Of a stretch of DNA of 64,000 bases, positions 8,696 through 20,431 are shown one piece after another. This DNA is from an uncultured Actinomycetota bacterium (lineage in GTDB: Bacteria; Actinomycetota; Actinomycetes; Streptosporangiales; Streptosporangiaceae): assembly GCA_963822615.1 (NCBI GenBank), contig CAWGIM010000018.1, forward strand, positions 147 through 64,146, written 5' to 3'. Position 1 is the first letter of the stretch. Each line of letters begins with the position of its first letter. A model generated the notes under the pieces. The model saw only the letters and a list, made by a program, of their open reading frames with translations, did not search any database and was not told the DNA's origin. Made by a program: the position numbers and the translations under genes.

Positions 8696-9187
8696 TTATC
8701 GCGTGAGCAGCCTGCGGGTCCGCTCCGGCAGCCCAGCAGGCAGCGACTGGACGATGTCGGCGACGGTCACGGTGGACAGCGACTGCCGCCAGGCGGCCTC
8801 GGCTTCCGCCATCCGGACGGCGATGCCGCAGGCCGGCACGCACACGTTGGGCGGCACCGGGACCGCACCGCGGCCGCGCTGGCGGATCTCGTTGCAGGTG
8901 TAGAACGGCGCCGCGCCGTCTACTGCCTCGACGATCTCCAGCATGGTGACCTGCTCGGCCGGGCGGGCCAGCCGGAAACCGCCGCGCGGCCCGGTGGCCG
9001 CGCTGAGAATCCCGGCCCGGACGAGCGACTGAAGCTGCTTGACCAGGTACCCGGCCGGGATGTCGTAGTGCTCGGCCAGTTGCGCGGCCGACACCGCTTG
9101 CGCGGGCCGTCCTGCTTCGCCGGGTCCGAGCTGGGCCAGCGCGGTAACAGCGTGCAAGACCCACTCGGTGCTCTCCGGCAACTTCAT
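8696..9187 (-). CDS. Rrf2 family transcriptional regulator
   Basis: '[26 protein letters not shown]' and a Cys pattern 'CNEIRQRG...C.PAC.IA..M'. Confidence 0.9.
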   Translation of the reverse strand: MKLPESTEWVLHAVTALAQLGPGEAGRPAQAVSAAQLAEHYDIPAGYLVKQLQSLVRAGILSAATGPRGGFRLARPAEQVTMLEIVEAVDGAAPFYTCNEIRQRGRGAVPVPPNVCVPACGIAVRMAEAEAAWRQSLSTVTVADIVQSLPAGLPERTRRLLTR

Positions 9188-9248
9188 GCGCCAAGGCTAG
9201 CAGATATGTCTATTGAGGATATTAAAGCTCCATGATAGCTTCGCAGTC

Positions 9249-10007
9249 ATGAAGATCGCAGTCGCGGGATCCACGGGCCGCATCGGACGGCTCACCATCA
9301 AGGCACTCCAGGGCGCCGGGCACGAGGCCGTGCGCATCAGCCGCAGCGACGGCACCGACCTGCTCACGGGCGATGGGCTCGACGCGGCGCTGGCCGGGGC
9401 GGACGCCGTCATCGATTGCCTCAACAACTCGTCACAGGACGAGGCGGAAGTAGTGCACTTCTTCGGCACGACGACGCGGAACCTGCTGGCGGCCGAGGCG
9501 CGGGCCGGCGTGGGCCACCACGTGCTGCTGTCCATCGTGGGGCTGGACCGCGGGACCCGTTCGCCGCACTACGCGGGCAAGCGGGAACAGGAACGCCTGG
9601 TCACCGAGGGGCCCACACCGTGGTCGATCGTCCGGGTGACCCAGTTCCACGACTTCGCGGCCATGGTGACCGGGTGGCTGGAGCAGGACGGCGTGGCCAG
9701 TATCGCGCCGCTGCTGGTGCAGCCGATCGACCAGCTTGACGTGGCGGCCGTGCTCGCCGAGGTGGCGGCCGGGGCGCCGCTGCGGGACAAGATCGACGTG
9801 GCCGGGCCGCAGCCGCAGGACCTGGTGGACATGGCCCGCCGCTCCTATGCCGCCCGGGGACGGCCGATCACGCTGATCCCCACCTGGCACGCGGGGTTCG
9901 ACCAGTCGATGGCGGGCGACGTGCTGCTTCCCGGCCAGGACGCGCGCCTTGCGCCCATCTCCTTCGAGGACTGGCTGGCGGCCGGGGCACCGGACAGCCG
10001 CGGCTAG
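9249..10007 (+). CDS. NAD(P)H-binding NmrA/SDR-like oxidoreductase
   Basis: 'MKIAVAGSTGRIG' Rossmann motif, 'HHVLLSIVG' and 'RVTQFHDF'. Divergent from the Rrf2 gene. Confidence 0.85.
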   Translation: MKIAVAGSTGRIGRLTIKALQGAGHEAVRISRSDGTDLLTGDGLDAALAGADAVIDCLNNSSQDEAEVVHFFGTTTRNLLAAEARAGVGHHVLLSIVGLDRGTRSPHYAGKREQERLVTEGPTPWSIVRVTQFHDFAAMVTGWLEQDGVASIAPLLVQPIDQLDVAAVLAEVAAGAPLRDKIDVAGPQPQDLVDMARRSYAARGRPITLIPTWHAGFDQSMAGDVLLPGQDARLAPISFEDWLAAGAPDSRG

Positions 10008-10010
10008 CTC

Positions 10011-10199
10011 TCAGGCGCCCTCGGCCGGCAACTCGGTCCCCAGCAGCGCGCCGTATGCCTCGATGGCGAGGTCGATGTCCTTGGAGGCCATGTGGCCGAC
10101 CAGGAAGGCCAGGCCTTCCCGGCTGAGGTCGCCCATCATGCACAGCAGCGCCACCAGGCGCTCGGCGTACTCGGGGGCGATCCCCTCTGGGTGATTCAT
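10011..10199 (-). CDS. Small hypothetical protein (62 aa)
   Basis: ATG start, host-like codon use, non-repetitive composition. Confidence 0.5.
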   Translation of the reverse strand: MNHPEGIAPEYAERLVALLCMMGDLSREGLAFLVGHMASKDIDLAIEAYGALLGTELPAEGA

Positions 10200-10336
10200 G
10201 CGGTTACGTTACCTTTGTGCGCTTTGTCGCCGCAGGTCATCCGGAAATCCGCCGGTCATCGGGAAGTGGAGCCTGCGCGGGGCCGCCGCAAGGGGGGACG
10301 GCGGCCCCGCGCAGGAGCTTGCTGACCGCTGCCCGG

Positions 10337-11374
10337 TTACTGCTGGAAGTCCGGGTTGGCGGTGGTGATGTCGTAGCTGCTCCCCCAGTACCACTGGGTG
10401 GCGCTGGAGCCGGGCACGACGTGGTTGACGCCGGTGGGGTCGGCGATCCAGTACCTGACCTTGGACTGCATCCACCCCGGGAGGGTCGCCACGTTGTCCT
10501 TGACCTGCTGCCACTCGGCCCGCATGGTGTAGACGACCGCGATCGAGTGGGGCTGCGAGGTCAGCCGCTGCTTCACCCACTGGGCCGCGGCCTGCGGGGT
10601 GGCGTCGCCCGGCTCGACGTCGAGGACGTTGGCGCCCGGGTCGGTGGCCTGGGTGTCGATCCACAGCACGGTGTGGTGGCCGGCGACCGTGTTCGGCTGG
10701 GTCGCGTAGGCGCCGGTGGCGTAGACGGCGGCCGCCTCGCCGGCCGGCAGCGAGCCCGGCTGCACCGAGTCGTAGATCAGGTAAGGCTTCGCCGCAGCGG
10801 CCTTCGCCGCGGCGGCCTTGGCCGCCGCCTCTTTCGCGGCGGATACCCGGGCGGCCGCTGACTTGGCCGCCGCCGCCTTAACCGCCGCCGCCTTGGCCGC
10901 GGCGGCCTGGGTGGTGGTCGCCGCGGCGGCGTGCTTGCCCACGTAGGGCTGCGCGGCGGGCGCCTTGGGGGCCGTCACCGTGGCGGCGTGCTTGCCCAGC
11001 GCCACCGCGGTGCTGTGCGAGGAGGTCGCGGCCGAGTGCAGCGCGTCCAGCTCGGTGGTGCCGCCTGCCGTCTTGCTGCCGGTGATCGGGGCGAACGCGA
11101 AGGCGCCGGACTGGCCGACGGCCACCTTCCCGTCGCCCTGCGCGACGTGGCCGACGTTGTCGAGCGCCTGCGCCCAGGGGGCCGCGCCAACGGCGAAGCC
11201 CGCCGCGCCGAGCACGCCCGCGGTGGCGGCGGAGGCGGCCAGCGCGGTGACCCGGGTGTGGGCGCGGGCCTGGGCACGGGCCTGGGTGAGGGCCGCGGTT
11301 CCGGTGGAGCGGGCGAAAGAGTTCGCGGCCGTGTACGTGTTTGCTGCTACACGAGTGAGGGAAGTGGTGGACAT
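10337..11374 (-). CDS. Secreted or membrane-anchored protein with Ala-rich linker and C-terminal GH25-like muramidase domain
   Basis: Hydrophobic segment 'VLGAAGFAVGAAPW', then an AAAK-rich linker. C-terminal domain has 'IYDS', 'LDVEPGD' (DxE), 'VYT', 'YWIAD' and 'ATQW...YD'. Confidence 0.6.
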   Translation of the reverse strand: MSTTSLTRVAANTYTAANSFARSTGTAALTQARAQARAHTRVTALAASAATAGVLGAAGFAVGAAPWAQALDNVGHVAQGDGKVAVGQSGAFAFAPITGSKTAGGTTELDALHSAATSSHSTAVALGKHAATVTAPKAPAAQPYVGKHAAAATTTQAAAAKAAAVKAAAAKSAAARVSAAKEAAAKAAAAKAAAAKPYLIYDSVQPGSLPAGEAAAVYATGAYATQPNTVAGHHTVLWIDTQATDPGANVLDVEPGDATPQAAAQWVKQRLTSQPHSIAVVYTMRAEWQQVKDNVATLPGWMQSKVRYWIADPTGVNHVVPGSSATQWYWGSSYDITTANPDFQQ

Positions 11375-12067
11375 GCGTGAACGAGCACGATGTGAATGGT
11401 GTTGCAAAACATTGCCCTTGGGGTGGCGCCTGTTACGTCGGGAGGCGCGCTGATTTCACCCTCCACGCTGCCGGCCGGTGCGACGCACCGTAGCGACGGC
11501 AGGGGCATGGACGTTGCCGCGGGTCAAGGCGACGTGTTGCGGGGGAGCAACCATCACACACCTGGGGTGCTTAACTACCGACGAGTAAACACCAGGCGAT
11601 GGCAGCTCATACCAAGATTTGCCGAAAACACTCCGTGAGCAATGTCACGCAGAGTAAGCAAGGTTCGCCACCGCGAGCGGCATCCCCGTGCCCGCAAAGG
11701 TTCCGGGACCCGACCCCTCGGGAACGGTGCGCGAATCTTTTTCCGCCCGCTGGCCAGGGATGACCCAGGGAACAATACGCTCCGCACATAGAGCGTTACT
11801 GGTTGAAGATTACCGAGCACAGGCCGTGTTGGCAAGCTCACGCCTTAGGCAATGCGTTACCGACCGTGACAACGATGGCAAGCCGGCCGCGCGGGCACCG
11901 AGCCAAGCCGGGTCGGAAGGCGGCCCGGAGGTGGTAGCGCTCCGGCGGTGTTTGCGGTGCAATGGTAGGCGAAGCGCGACAAGCGGGCCGGGCCCGCTTC
12001 ATGAAGCCACTCCATACCGAGCAAATCGTTCCGCAGCAGTAACGAGCAGCACTGGTAGGGCGTTCTC

Positions 12068-13516
12068 ATGCGTCTGGCGCACGCACGACCCGCGACCGCG
12101 GCCCTGGTGGCGGGGGGTGTCCTGGTAACCGCCGCATCCGGCGCGGGCCTCGCGGCAGCGGCTGGCCCCGCGGCGGCGGCGGGCTTCCGCCCGCTCGCCG
12201 ACGAGTCTTGCCAGCCGGAACCGGCCGCCGTCCAGGCCGACCCGCCGGCATCGGCATCGGCATCGGCATCGGCATCGGCATCGGCATCGGCCAGCATCGC
12301 CAACAGCGACAGCGCCAGTCCTGCCGCCAGCGGTAGCGCCGCACCGTCAGACAGCGCCGCCCCTACAGACAGCGCCACGCCCTCCGGGAGCGCCACACAG
12401 GCCGCTATCCCCGCACCCGCCAGCAGCGCGGCCCCCGCCAGCAGCGCCGCCCCCGACGCCAGCGCCACTCCCGCCCCTACGGGTACCGGGCAGCCCGGTC
12501 TCTGCCTGGAGGTGGTCCGCGCGCGGCCTGCGAGCGCACCCGGCCAGCCAGCGCAGTGGAAGGTCACGGTGTGGGCCACCGGCGGCGTCGTTCCCGACGC
12601 CGCACTGACCTTGCGGGTAACTCCCGCCGGCGGCGGCACGGCGACGTTCCGCTACGGCTGCGGCACCGGCGACGGCACCGCTTCCTGCGACCTCGGCGCG
12701 GTGGACCCGGCGGCCGCCCGGCAGCAGCTCCGGGTCACGCTCGCGCAGCCTGCGGGCACCGCGGGGGCCGGGACGGCCACGCTGACGGTCTCCGGCTGCG
12801 CGGGCCAGCGGGCGACGGCACCCGCGGCGCCGGGCGCCGTATCCGTGACGGTGCCGGCCAGCGCCCCGGCACCCGCGGTACCCGGCCAGGCGGCGGCCAG
12901 CCCGCCAACCTCCCCCGCACCGTCAGGAACGGCGCCGCCGAGCGAGCCGGCCGCCGCCCCGGCCGGGCTGGCCTCCCCGACCGGATCACCCGCTCCCACC
13001 CGATCGGCGGCCGGCCAGCAGTCTCCCGCCAGCCAGCAGCTCCCCGCCAGCCAGCAGCCTCCCCCGCCAGAGCCCCCGAGCAAGCGTCCCGCCAGCCAGC
13101 AGCCGCCCGCTAGCCGGAAGCCGCTACCGCCGTCGGCTGGCACCCTGCCCGGGCTCCCTGCCAGCGCCGCGGCCCTGCCAGCGTTGCCTGGACTCACGCC
13201 GACCAGTCCTGACCTCGCACCCGGCGGCAACGCGGCCAGCCTGTTCCCCACCCTGGACCCGCCGCCGCCCTCGGCCGGGTCAACCACCCCGACCGGGCCA
13301 GCCACGCCGCGCGGGAAGGCGGAACCGGCCGGGCCGACCGGGAAGGCGGGCACCCGGCAGGTCGCCAACTCCTCGGCGCTGCCCTCGGGTACCCAGGCCA
13401 TCGGGACGCGGGTAGCCGGCCTGGCGGTGCTCGCCCTGGCGGTCGCGGCGGCGGTGACCCGCCTGCCGGCGCGCCGCCGGGCTAAGAAAGAGACCGACGG
13501 GGAGAGCGGCCGATAA
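12068..13516 (+). CDS. Pro/Ala/Ser-rich exported protein with C-terminal membrane anchor
   Basis: N-terminal signal-like peptide, a central beta-rich Cys-containing segment, low-complexity linkers, and a C-terminal TM followed by RRRAKK. Confidence 0.6.
   Translation: MRLAHARPATAALVAGGVLVTAASGAGLAAAAGPAAAAGFRPLADESCQPEPAAVQADPPASASASASASASASASIANSDSASPAASGSAAPSDSAAPTDSATPSGSATQAAIPAPASSAAPASSAAPDASATPAPTGTGQPGLCLEVVRARPASAPGQPAQWKVTVWATGGVVPDAALTLRVTPAGGGTATFRYGCGTGDGTASCDLGAVDPAAARQQLRVTLAQPAGTAGAGTATLTVSGCAGQRATAPAAPGAVSVTVPASAPAPAVPGQAAASPPTSPAPSGTAPPSEPAAAPAGLASPTGSPAPTRSAAGQQSPASQQLPASQQPPPPEPPSKRPASQQPPASRKPLPPSAGTLPGLPASAAALPALPGLTPTSPDLAPGGNAASLFPTLDPPPPSAGSTTPTGPATPRGKAEPAGPTGKAGTRQVANSSALPSGTQAIGTRVAGLAVLALAVAAAVTRLPARRRAKKETDGESGR
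12247..12288 (+). repeat. (GGCATC)7 in-frame microsatellite encoding (Ala-Ser)n
   Basis: Seven perfect hexamer copies within the 12068..13516 CDS. Confidence 0.9.
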
Positions 13517-13601
13517 CCGCTCCGGCACCCGGGGGGTACCCGGATGCCAACGTGAGCGTCAGCCGGCCGGGCGGCTGCCCGGGCCGGCTTACGCCGGGCG
13601 C

Positions 13602-15515
13602 CTACTTGGCGAGGAGCTCCAGGTTGGGCCGCACGGTGTCCATCGTGGCGGCCAGCTTCGCGGTGGTCATCGTCGGTGATACCACGGTGCCGAAGGTGTC
13701 GTTGTCGAACCACACGCACATCGACGAGCTCTGATCGTTCTGGGTGATCGTGGTGCAGGCGGCCTGGCCGCCGAGCGACCCCGGCGATACGGCCTGGGCG
13801 CCCTTGTACGAGTGCTCGAAGTTGGCCACCGACGCGCTCGGGTCGGCGCCGGCCAGCTTTCCGCCGACGAACATGAAGATCTGGGCGCTGCTGCCGGCCG
13901 TGCCGCTGAGGCTGCCCTGCTGGTAGACGGCGGACACCACGTCGCTGGCCTGGCCGGAGCTGGCCTGGGCGATCTGCTGCGCCTGGTTGTCGACCTTCAT
14001 CTGCTTTTCCAGGTTGGCCGACCTGGTGTAGCTGTCGACCGTCTGCGGCGCCACGACCTGGTGGGCCGGGCCGCTCGGCCCGGAGAACGCGTACTTCATC
14101 AGCACGCCGCCGATCGCGCCGGCCGCGACGATCGCGATCGCGCCGAGCGCCATCCACTGCCGGCGGTCACCGCTGCGGCCGCGGCGGCGACCGCCCGCGC
14201 GCCTGGCGGTGGTGTCCTCGTCCTGCTCTGGCCGGTCGATGGTGCGGGTGAACGCGGCCGGCACCGGCTCGTCGGTCAGGTCAAGGTCGGCGAAGTGGTC
14301 CAGCGAGGTGTCCTCGGCCCAGCTGCGCGGCGAGCGGGCAGGCGGGGCGAGCACCGCGGTGGCGTTCCCGGCCGCCCGGAGGCCGCCGCCCGGCGTGAGG
14401 GCGCGCAGGTTGTCCAGCCTGGTCTCGTCGAACACCGGCACGTCGAACCGGGTGTGGTCGGCCGGCTCGGTCAGGGCCTGCAGGTCGTAGCGGGTTTCCC
14501 GGTTCCGGGCGCTGCGGCTGGAAGAGTCGGCCGAGGGGAACTCGGAACGGGGGCGGCTGCCTCCGTCGAACGCGTCATTGCCGCCGTACCCGGCCGGGCC
14601 GCCATCGCGCTGTCCGTCGGCGCCGGGCTGCCAGCGGTTGTCCAGCCGGGTCTCGTCGAAGGCACCGCCGGGATACCCGCCCTGGTCGGTGTACCGCCGG
14701 TCGTCGTAGCGGGGGTCGTCGTAGGAGAGCCGGCCGTAGCTCGGCTCGTCGTAGCCGACTGCCTCGAAGTCGCTGGTGCCGATGATGCCCGACAGGTCGT
14801 AGCCGGGGCCGTTGATGCCCGGCATGGAGTAGTCGTTGTACGCGCCCGGGTCGTAGGCGGCCGGCTGGTACCGGGCCGGGCCGGGGTCGGCCGGGCCGGC
14901 GTTGCCGTGACCGGCGGCCGGGTAGCCGCCGGACGGCTGGTAGGCGTCGTCTTCGCCGTCGTAGCGCAGCGGCTGGTCATAGTCCCACGGCTGGCTGTAG
15001 AGGTCAGCCCCGCGGCCGGCGTCCGCGGGGGACGGCGGGTAGGCCATCTCGATCTCGCCGGGCCCGGCGTAGCTTGACCCGGAATAGCCTGCCTGCCCGT
15101 ATCCGGGCTGCTCCCAGCCGGCCTGGGGATAGCCGGCCTGGGGGTAACCGGGCTGGCCGTAGTCCGCCGCGGTCGGGCTGGAGAGCGGGTAGCCGGGCTG
15201 ACCCGGCTCGACGAAGCCGCGCACCGTCCTGGTGCCGGCGATGCCCGCGTCCTGCGCGGCTGGCCCCTGGTAACCCGGGTCGCTGTAACCGTCGTCGCCG
15301 TAGCCTGCCCCGTTAAACGCGGCGTAGGGGTGCGCGCCCTGGCTGGCGGCCGGGAGCTGCGGCGGCCGCTGGTCCGGGTAGCGGTGGTCTCCATTCCGGT
15401 AGTCCATTTCGGGAAAACCATTCGGCCACGAGATCTCCGGCCCGAACGGCACATGACCCTGGTCGGAAGGGTGCATGCCCTGTCCGTCCCCGGAATGCGG
15501 CCATCCGCTCCTCAT
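13602..15515 (-). CDS. Hypothetical membrane protein with long Tyr/Pro/Gly/Asp-rich cytoplasmic region, single TM and extracellular C-terminal domain
   Basis: 637-aa ORF with TM 'WMALGAIAIVAAGAIGGVLM' and a C-terminal domain containing 'C...CVWFDNDTFG'. The start is uncertain. Confidence 0.65.
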   Translation of the reverse strand: MRSGWPHSGDGQGMHPSDQGHVPFGPEISWPNGFPEMDYRNGDHRYPDQRPPQLPAASQGAHPYAAFNGAGYGDDGYSDPGYQGPAAQDAGIAGTRTVRGFVEPGQPGYPLSSPTAADYGQPGYPQAGYPQAGWEQPGYGQAGYSGSSYAGPGEIEMAYPPSPADAGRGADLYSQPWDYDQPLRYDGEDDAYQPSGGYPAAGHGNAGPADPGPARYQPAAYDPGAYNDYSMPGINGPGYDLSGIIGTSDFEAVGYDEPSYGRLSYDDPRYDDRRYTDQGGYPGGAFDETRLDNRWQPGADGQRDGGPAGYGGNDAFDGGSRPRSEFPSADSSSRSARNRETRYDLQALTEPADHTRFDVPVFDETRLDNLRALTPGGGLRAAGNATAVLAPPARSPRSWAEDTSLDHFADLDLTDEPVPAAFTRTIDRPEQDEDTTARRAGGRRRGRSGDRRQWMALGAIAIVAAGAIGGVLMKYAFSGPSGPAHQVVAPQTVDSYTRSANLEKQMKVDNQAQQIAQASSGQASDVVSAVYQQGSLSGTAGSSAQIFMFVGGKLAGADPSASVANFEHSYKGAQAVSPGSLGGQAACTTITQNDQSSSMCVWFDNDTFGTVVSPTMTTAKLAATMDTVRPNLELLAK

Positions 15516-15834
15516 ATGGCGGTCACCTCGTGTTGTCTGTGGTACCTGCGGTTCGGCAAGGTCACAACATCATCTCGGCACAAACGCATCTTCGCTACCT
15601 GAACGGGCATTTCGGCTGGCCAAATGGGTAAACATCTCGGCAAAACAACTCACTACCGGACATTTCTCCGGCCAGGGCGACCCATCTGGCACCCAACGTA
15701 GCGCGTCAGGCAGCCCCGCGAGGGGAACTCTGCGGCGACCCGCCGTGCACAATTAACCGCAAAAGGCGCGTAACTGCCCTTCCAGCCGCCCGCCGGCAAC
15801 GTAATCCGCCATCCCCGAACAGCCTTCGGCCGCA

Positions 15835-15880
15835 TGGTTGCGGCAACCAGGCGGCCCTGGGCGGCTGGTTGCGGCAACCA
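15835..15880. promoter_or_regulatory. Two identical 15-bp palindromes TGGTTGC-G-GCAACCA
   Basis: Copies at 15835-15849 and 15866-15880, 31 bp apart, between the proS stop and the next gene's upstream region. Confidence 0.55.
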
Positions 15881-15899
15881 CGCGGGCTGGCTCCCGGGG

Positions 15900-17348
<1,449 letters not shown>

Positions 17349-17389
17349 CTACGGCACCCGCCCGGCTGGCCGGCAAGCCATTTACGCGC

Positions 17390-18475
17390 TCAGAAGGTGA
17401 CCACGCTGCGCAGCACCCCGCCCTGCTCCATCTTGGTGAACGCCGCCTCGACGTCGCCCAGGCCGATCGTCTCCGAGACGAACTTCTCCAGCGGCAGCCG
17501 CCCGTCCAGGTGCAGGTCGACCAGCATCGGGAAGTCGCGCGAGGGCAGGCAGTCGCCGTACCAGGACGACTTGAGCGCGCCGCCCCGGCCGAACACCTCG
17601 AGCAGCGGCAGGTCGAGCTGCATCTCCGGGGTCGGCACGCCGACCAGCACCACCACCCCCGCCAGGTCGCGGGCGAAGAACGCCTGCTTGTAGGTCTCCG
17701 GGCGGCCGATCGCCTCCACCACCACGTCCGCCCCGTTGCCCTCGGTCAGCGCGCGGATGCCCTCCACCGGGTCGGTGTCGCGCGAGTTGATCGTGTGGGT
17801 GGCGCCGAAGCCGCGGGCCCACTCCAGCTTCCTGTCGTCGATGTCCACCGCGATGATCGTGCGCGCGCCCGCCAGCTGCGCGCCGAGCACCGCCGCGTCA
17901 CCCACCCCGCCGCAGCCGATCACCGCGACCGTGTCGCCCCGGGTCACCCCGCCGGTGTTGATCGCCGCGCCCAGGCCCGCCATCACCCCGCAGCCGAGCA
18001 GCCCGGCCGTGGCCGGGGCGATGGCCGGGTTGACCTTGGTGCACTGGCCCGCCGCGACCAGCGTCTTCTCCGCGAACGCGCCGATGCCGAGGGCAGGGGC
18101 GAGCGGCGTGCCGTCGGCCAGCGTCATCTTCTGGGTGGCGTTGCGGGTCGCGAAGCAGTACCACGGGCGGCCCCGCAGGCACGCACGGCACTGGCCGCAG
18201 ACCGCGCGCCAGTTGAGGATGACGAAGTCCCCCGGCGCCACGTCGGAGACGCCGGGGCCGACCGCCTCGACCACCCCGGCCGCCTCGTGCCCGAGCAGGT
18301 AGGGGAACTGGTCGCCGATGCCGCCCATCTTGTAGTGCAGGTCGGTGTGGCAGACGCCGCACGCCTGGACGGCGACCAGTGCCTCGCCGGGGCCGGGCTC
18401 CGGCACCAGTACCTCGGTCACCTGAACCGGCTCGCCCTTGCCCCGCGCCACCACGCCGTGCACGCTGATCGCCAT
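17390..18475 (-). CDS. S-(hydroxymethyl)mycothiol dehydrogenase (Zn-dependent ADH family)
   Basis: '[10 protein letters not shown]', 'GHEAAG', '[21 protein letters not shown]', '[10 protein letters not shown]' and '[13 protein letters not shown]'. Confidence 0.9.
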   Translation of the reverse strand: MAISVHGVVARGKGEPVQVTEVLVPEPGPGEALVAVQACGVCHTDLHYKMGGIGDQFPYLLGHEAAGVVEAVGPGVSDVAPGDFVILNWRAVCGQCRACLRGRPWYCFATRNATQKMTLADGTPLAPALGIGAFAEKTLVAAGQCTKVNPAIAPATAGLLGCGVMAGLGAAINTGGVTRGDTVAVIGCGGVGDAAVLGAQLAGARTIIAVDIDDRKLEWARGFGATHTINSRDTDPVEGIRALTEGNGADVVVEAIGRPETYKQAFFARDLAGVVVLVGVPTPEMQLDLPLLEVFGRGGALKSSWYGDCLPSRDFPMLVDLHLDGRLPLEKFVSETIGLGDVEAAFTKMEQGGVLRSVVTF

Positions 18476-18500
18476 CCCGCGGCTCCTCTCCCCAGTTAGC

Positions 18501-18989
18501 TCAGCTGTCATATTGGCGGAAGAACAGCGGCCTGGCCAGCCGCCCCAGCCGGTGCATCAGCCGCGGCCCGGGCGGCACCCCGGGCAGCCGCGGGTCCCAG
18601 TGCAGGAAGGTGAACCCGAGCCGGCGGGCGAGCAGGCCATCGGTCGGCACCTGGTCGCCGATCACCGCCCCGGGCCGGGGCAGCCCCCGGTACGGCGCCG
18701 TCCGCAGCGGCTTGCCGGCCGAGGCGAGGTAGCTCACCCGGACGCCGGGGGCGCGCGGGGCGGCCGACGGGCGGCGGGCCGAGTTGGTCGCGAACATCAC
18801 CACCCGCACCTCGGGGACCTGGTCGAGCTGGGCGAGCAGGCCGGCGATGCCCTCGTCCAGCGCCTGCTGGCCGCTGCCCCACCAGGCGACCAGCGGCTCC
18901 ACGTCGAAGATGAGGGTCTGCAGCGACAGCTCGCGGGCCCGCGCCAGCACGCCGCGCAGCTCGGTGAGCCGCTGGTAACCGGCCGGCAC
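18501..18989 (-). CDS. HAD-superfamily (YqeG-like) hypothetical protein
   Basis: 'LIFDVEPLV', 'ATNS', 'AGKP' and 'GDQVPTDG' match HAD motifs I-IV. Confidence 0.6.
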   Translation of the reverse strand: MPAGYQRLTELRGVLARARELSLQTLIFDVEPLVAWWGSGQQALDEGIAGLLAQLDQVPEVRVVMFATNSARRPSAAPRAPGVRVSYLASAGKPLRTAPYRGLPRPGAVIGDQVPTDGLLARRLGFTFLHWDPRLPGVPPGPRLMHRLGRLARPLFFRQYDS

Positions 18990-20367
18990 CGGGCCCGCCT
19001 CCCCGCCACCAGGCCAGGTTGCCCGGCCGGGACAGGCCGGGCAGCCGGGACAGCCGAAGCAGCCGGGACAGGCTGATCGCGGCGGCGGGCGGCGGCACCC
19101 CCGGGCGGTCGCGCGGCACCCGCACCCGCAGCGCGCCAGGGCGGATGGTGCACCGCACCGGGGACGGCAGCCAGACCGACTCGCCGTCGACGCCGACCGG
19201 GATCCGGCCGGCGTCGCTGCTGACTACCACCGTCCGCGCGGTCAGCACCCGCAGGCCGGGCGAGGCGCGGCCGCGCAGCAGGCCGACCGCCTGGCGGGCG
19301 CTGCCCACGTTGAGCGCCACCACCCCGAGCACCCCGCGGTCAAGCCGGGCCCGGCGGCCGAGGCCGGCCACGTCGCCGGTCTCGTAAGGGTTGCTCGCCA
19401 CCAGCAATGCCTGCGGCGCGCTGATCGGCTCCTCGTCCGCGACCGCGCTGAGCCGGCTCCCGCGCTGTCCCTGCAGCAGGTCGGGCAGGGTGTCGAGGGT
19501 GGTACGGAGCTTGTCCTCGCGGTAGGCCGGCGTCCGCACCACCTCGGCGTAGGCGCCGAAGGAGGCGTTGTTGACGAACGCCTGGCCGCCGATCAGGCCG
19601 AGGTCGACCCGCAGCTCGACCCCGTCGGTGAGCGCGTCCAGGCACGCCGCCGGGTCGGCCCGGTCGAGCCCGAGGTCAAGCGCGAAGTGGTTCCGGGTAC
19701 CGGCGGTGATCACCAGGAACGGCAGGCCGTGCTCGGCCGCGACCGCGGCCACCAGCGCCTGGGTGCCGTCACCGCCGGCTACCCCGAGCAGGTCGGCCCC
19801 GTCCGCCACCGCCTTGCGGGCGACCGCGGCCACGTCGATCACGCCGGGACCGTCGATCAGGAACACCTCCGCCCCCAGGTCTTCCGCCTTGCGCCGCAGG
19901 CCGAGCCGGCCGACCTTGCCGCCGCCGGACCGCGGGTTCATGATCAGGAACGGGTGCCGCACCGGGGCGGCCGGGAACTCCGGCATCCGCCAGTACTCCT
20001 TGTCCCCGGCCAGCGCCGCCCGGGCGGTGAGGCCCGCCAGCAGCCAGGCGCCCGCCGACACCGCCGCCACCCACAGCAGGCCGGCGAAGGCGTACACCGC
20101 CATCACCGCGGCCGGGGTGAGGACGAACGCCGCCAGCGCGAGCCAGCGCAGCGGGCCGCGGCGGGACAGCACCAGGAAGGCCGTCGTCAGGCTGACCGCG
20201 GCCGCCACCAGGCCGATCACGAACATGGCGACGCTCTTCCACTCGGCCACGGCGAGCACCAGCGCCACCGCCACGAAGGCGAGGGCGAAGCTGAGCCGGG
20301 CCAGCCAGCGCCGCCCGGGCGTGTCCGGCAGGGGCGCGTCGCCGGTTACCGCGGGCAAGACGGGCAT
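18508..20367 (-). CDS. Diacylglycerol kinase family protein with N-terminal TMs; ORF runs on through the downstream HAD gene
   Basis: '[11 protein letters not shown]', 'AGGDGT', '[11 protein letters not shown]', 'FVNNASFG' and 'GVDGE'. The recognisable domain ends near 19070; the remainder overlaps the HAD CDS in another frame. Confidence 0.8.
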   Translation of the reverse strand: MPVLPAVTGDAPLPDTPGRRWLARLSFALAFVAVALVLAVAEWKSVAMFVIGLVAAAVSLTTAFLVLSRRGPLRWLALAAFVLTPAAVMAVYAFAGLLWVAAVSAGAWLLAGLTARAALAGDKEYWRMPEFPAAPVRHPFLIMNPRSGGGKVGRLGLRRKAEDLGAEVFLIDGPGVIDVAAVARKAVADGADLLGVAGGDGTQALVAAVAAEHGLPFLVITAGTRNHFALDLGLDRADPAACLDALTDGVELRVDLGLIGGQAFVNNASFGAYAEVVRTPAYREDKLRTTLDTLPDLLQGQRGSRLSAVADEEPISAPQALLVASNPYETGDVAGLGRRARLDRGVLGVVALNVGSARQAVGLLRGRASPGLRVLTARTVVVSSDAGRIPVGVDGESVWLPSPVRCTIRPGALRVRVPRDRPGVPPPAAAISLSRLLRLSRLPGLSRPGNLAWWRGGGPGAGRLPAAHRAARRAGAGPRAVAADPHLRRGAAGRLVGQRPAGAGRGHRRPARPARPGPRGAGGDVRDQLGPPPVGRPARPRRPGELPRLGRQAAADGAVPGAAPARGGDRRPGADRWPARPPARVHLPALGPAAARGAARAAADAPAGAAGQAAVLPPI

Positions 20368-20431
20368 ACCGCTATCGTCACCCGCCCGGCACCGCGGCAG
20401 CTCACCCGTTGCGGGTGAGCGGCCCCGGGCC

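Noticed and set aside
11641-11760. CCCGCAAAGGTTCCGGGACC, resembling the 5' part of a c-di-AMP riboswitch
   Set aside because: The downstream conserved blocks (GGGGTGAAT, CAGCT.AC) are absent, and it points away from the muramidase-like gene.
13015-13115. Short repeated units that might suggest a CRISPR array
   Set aside because: In-frame PASQQ coding repeats without unique spacers. No CRISPR array or cas gene was seen anywhere in the window.
12652-14157. 501-aa ORF on the - strand
   Set aside because: Off-frame or antisense overlap of two better-supported CDSs; low-complexity translation.
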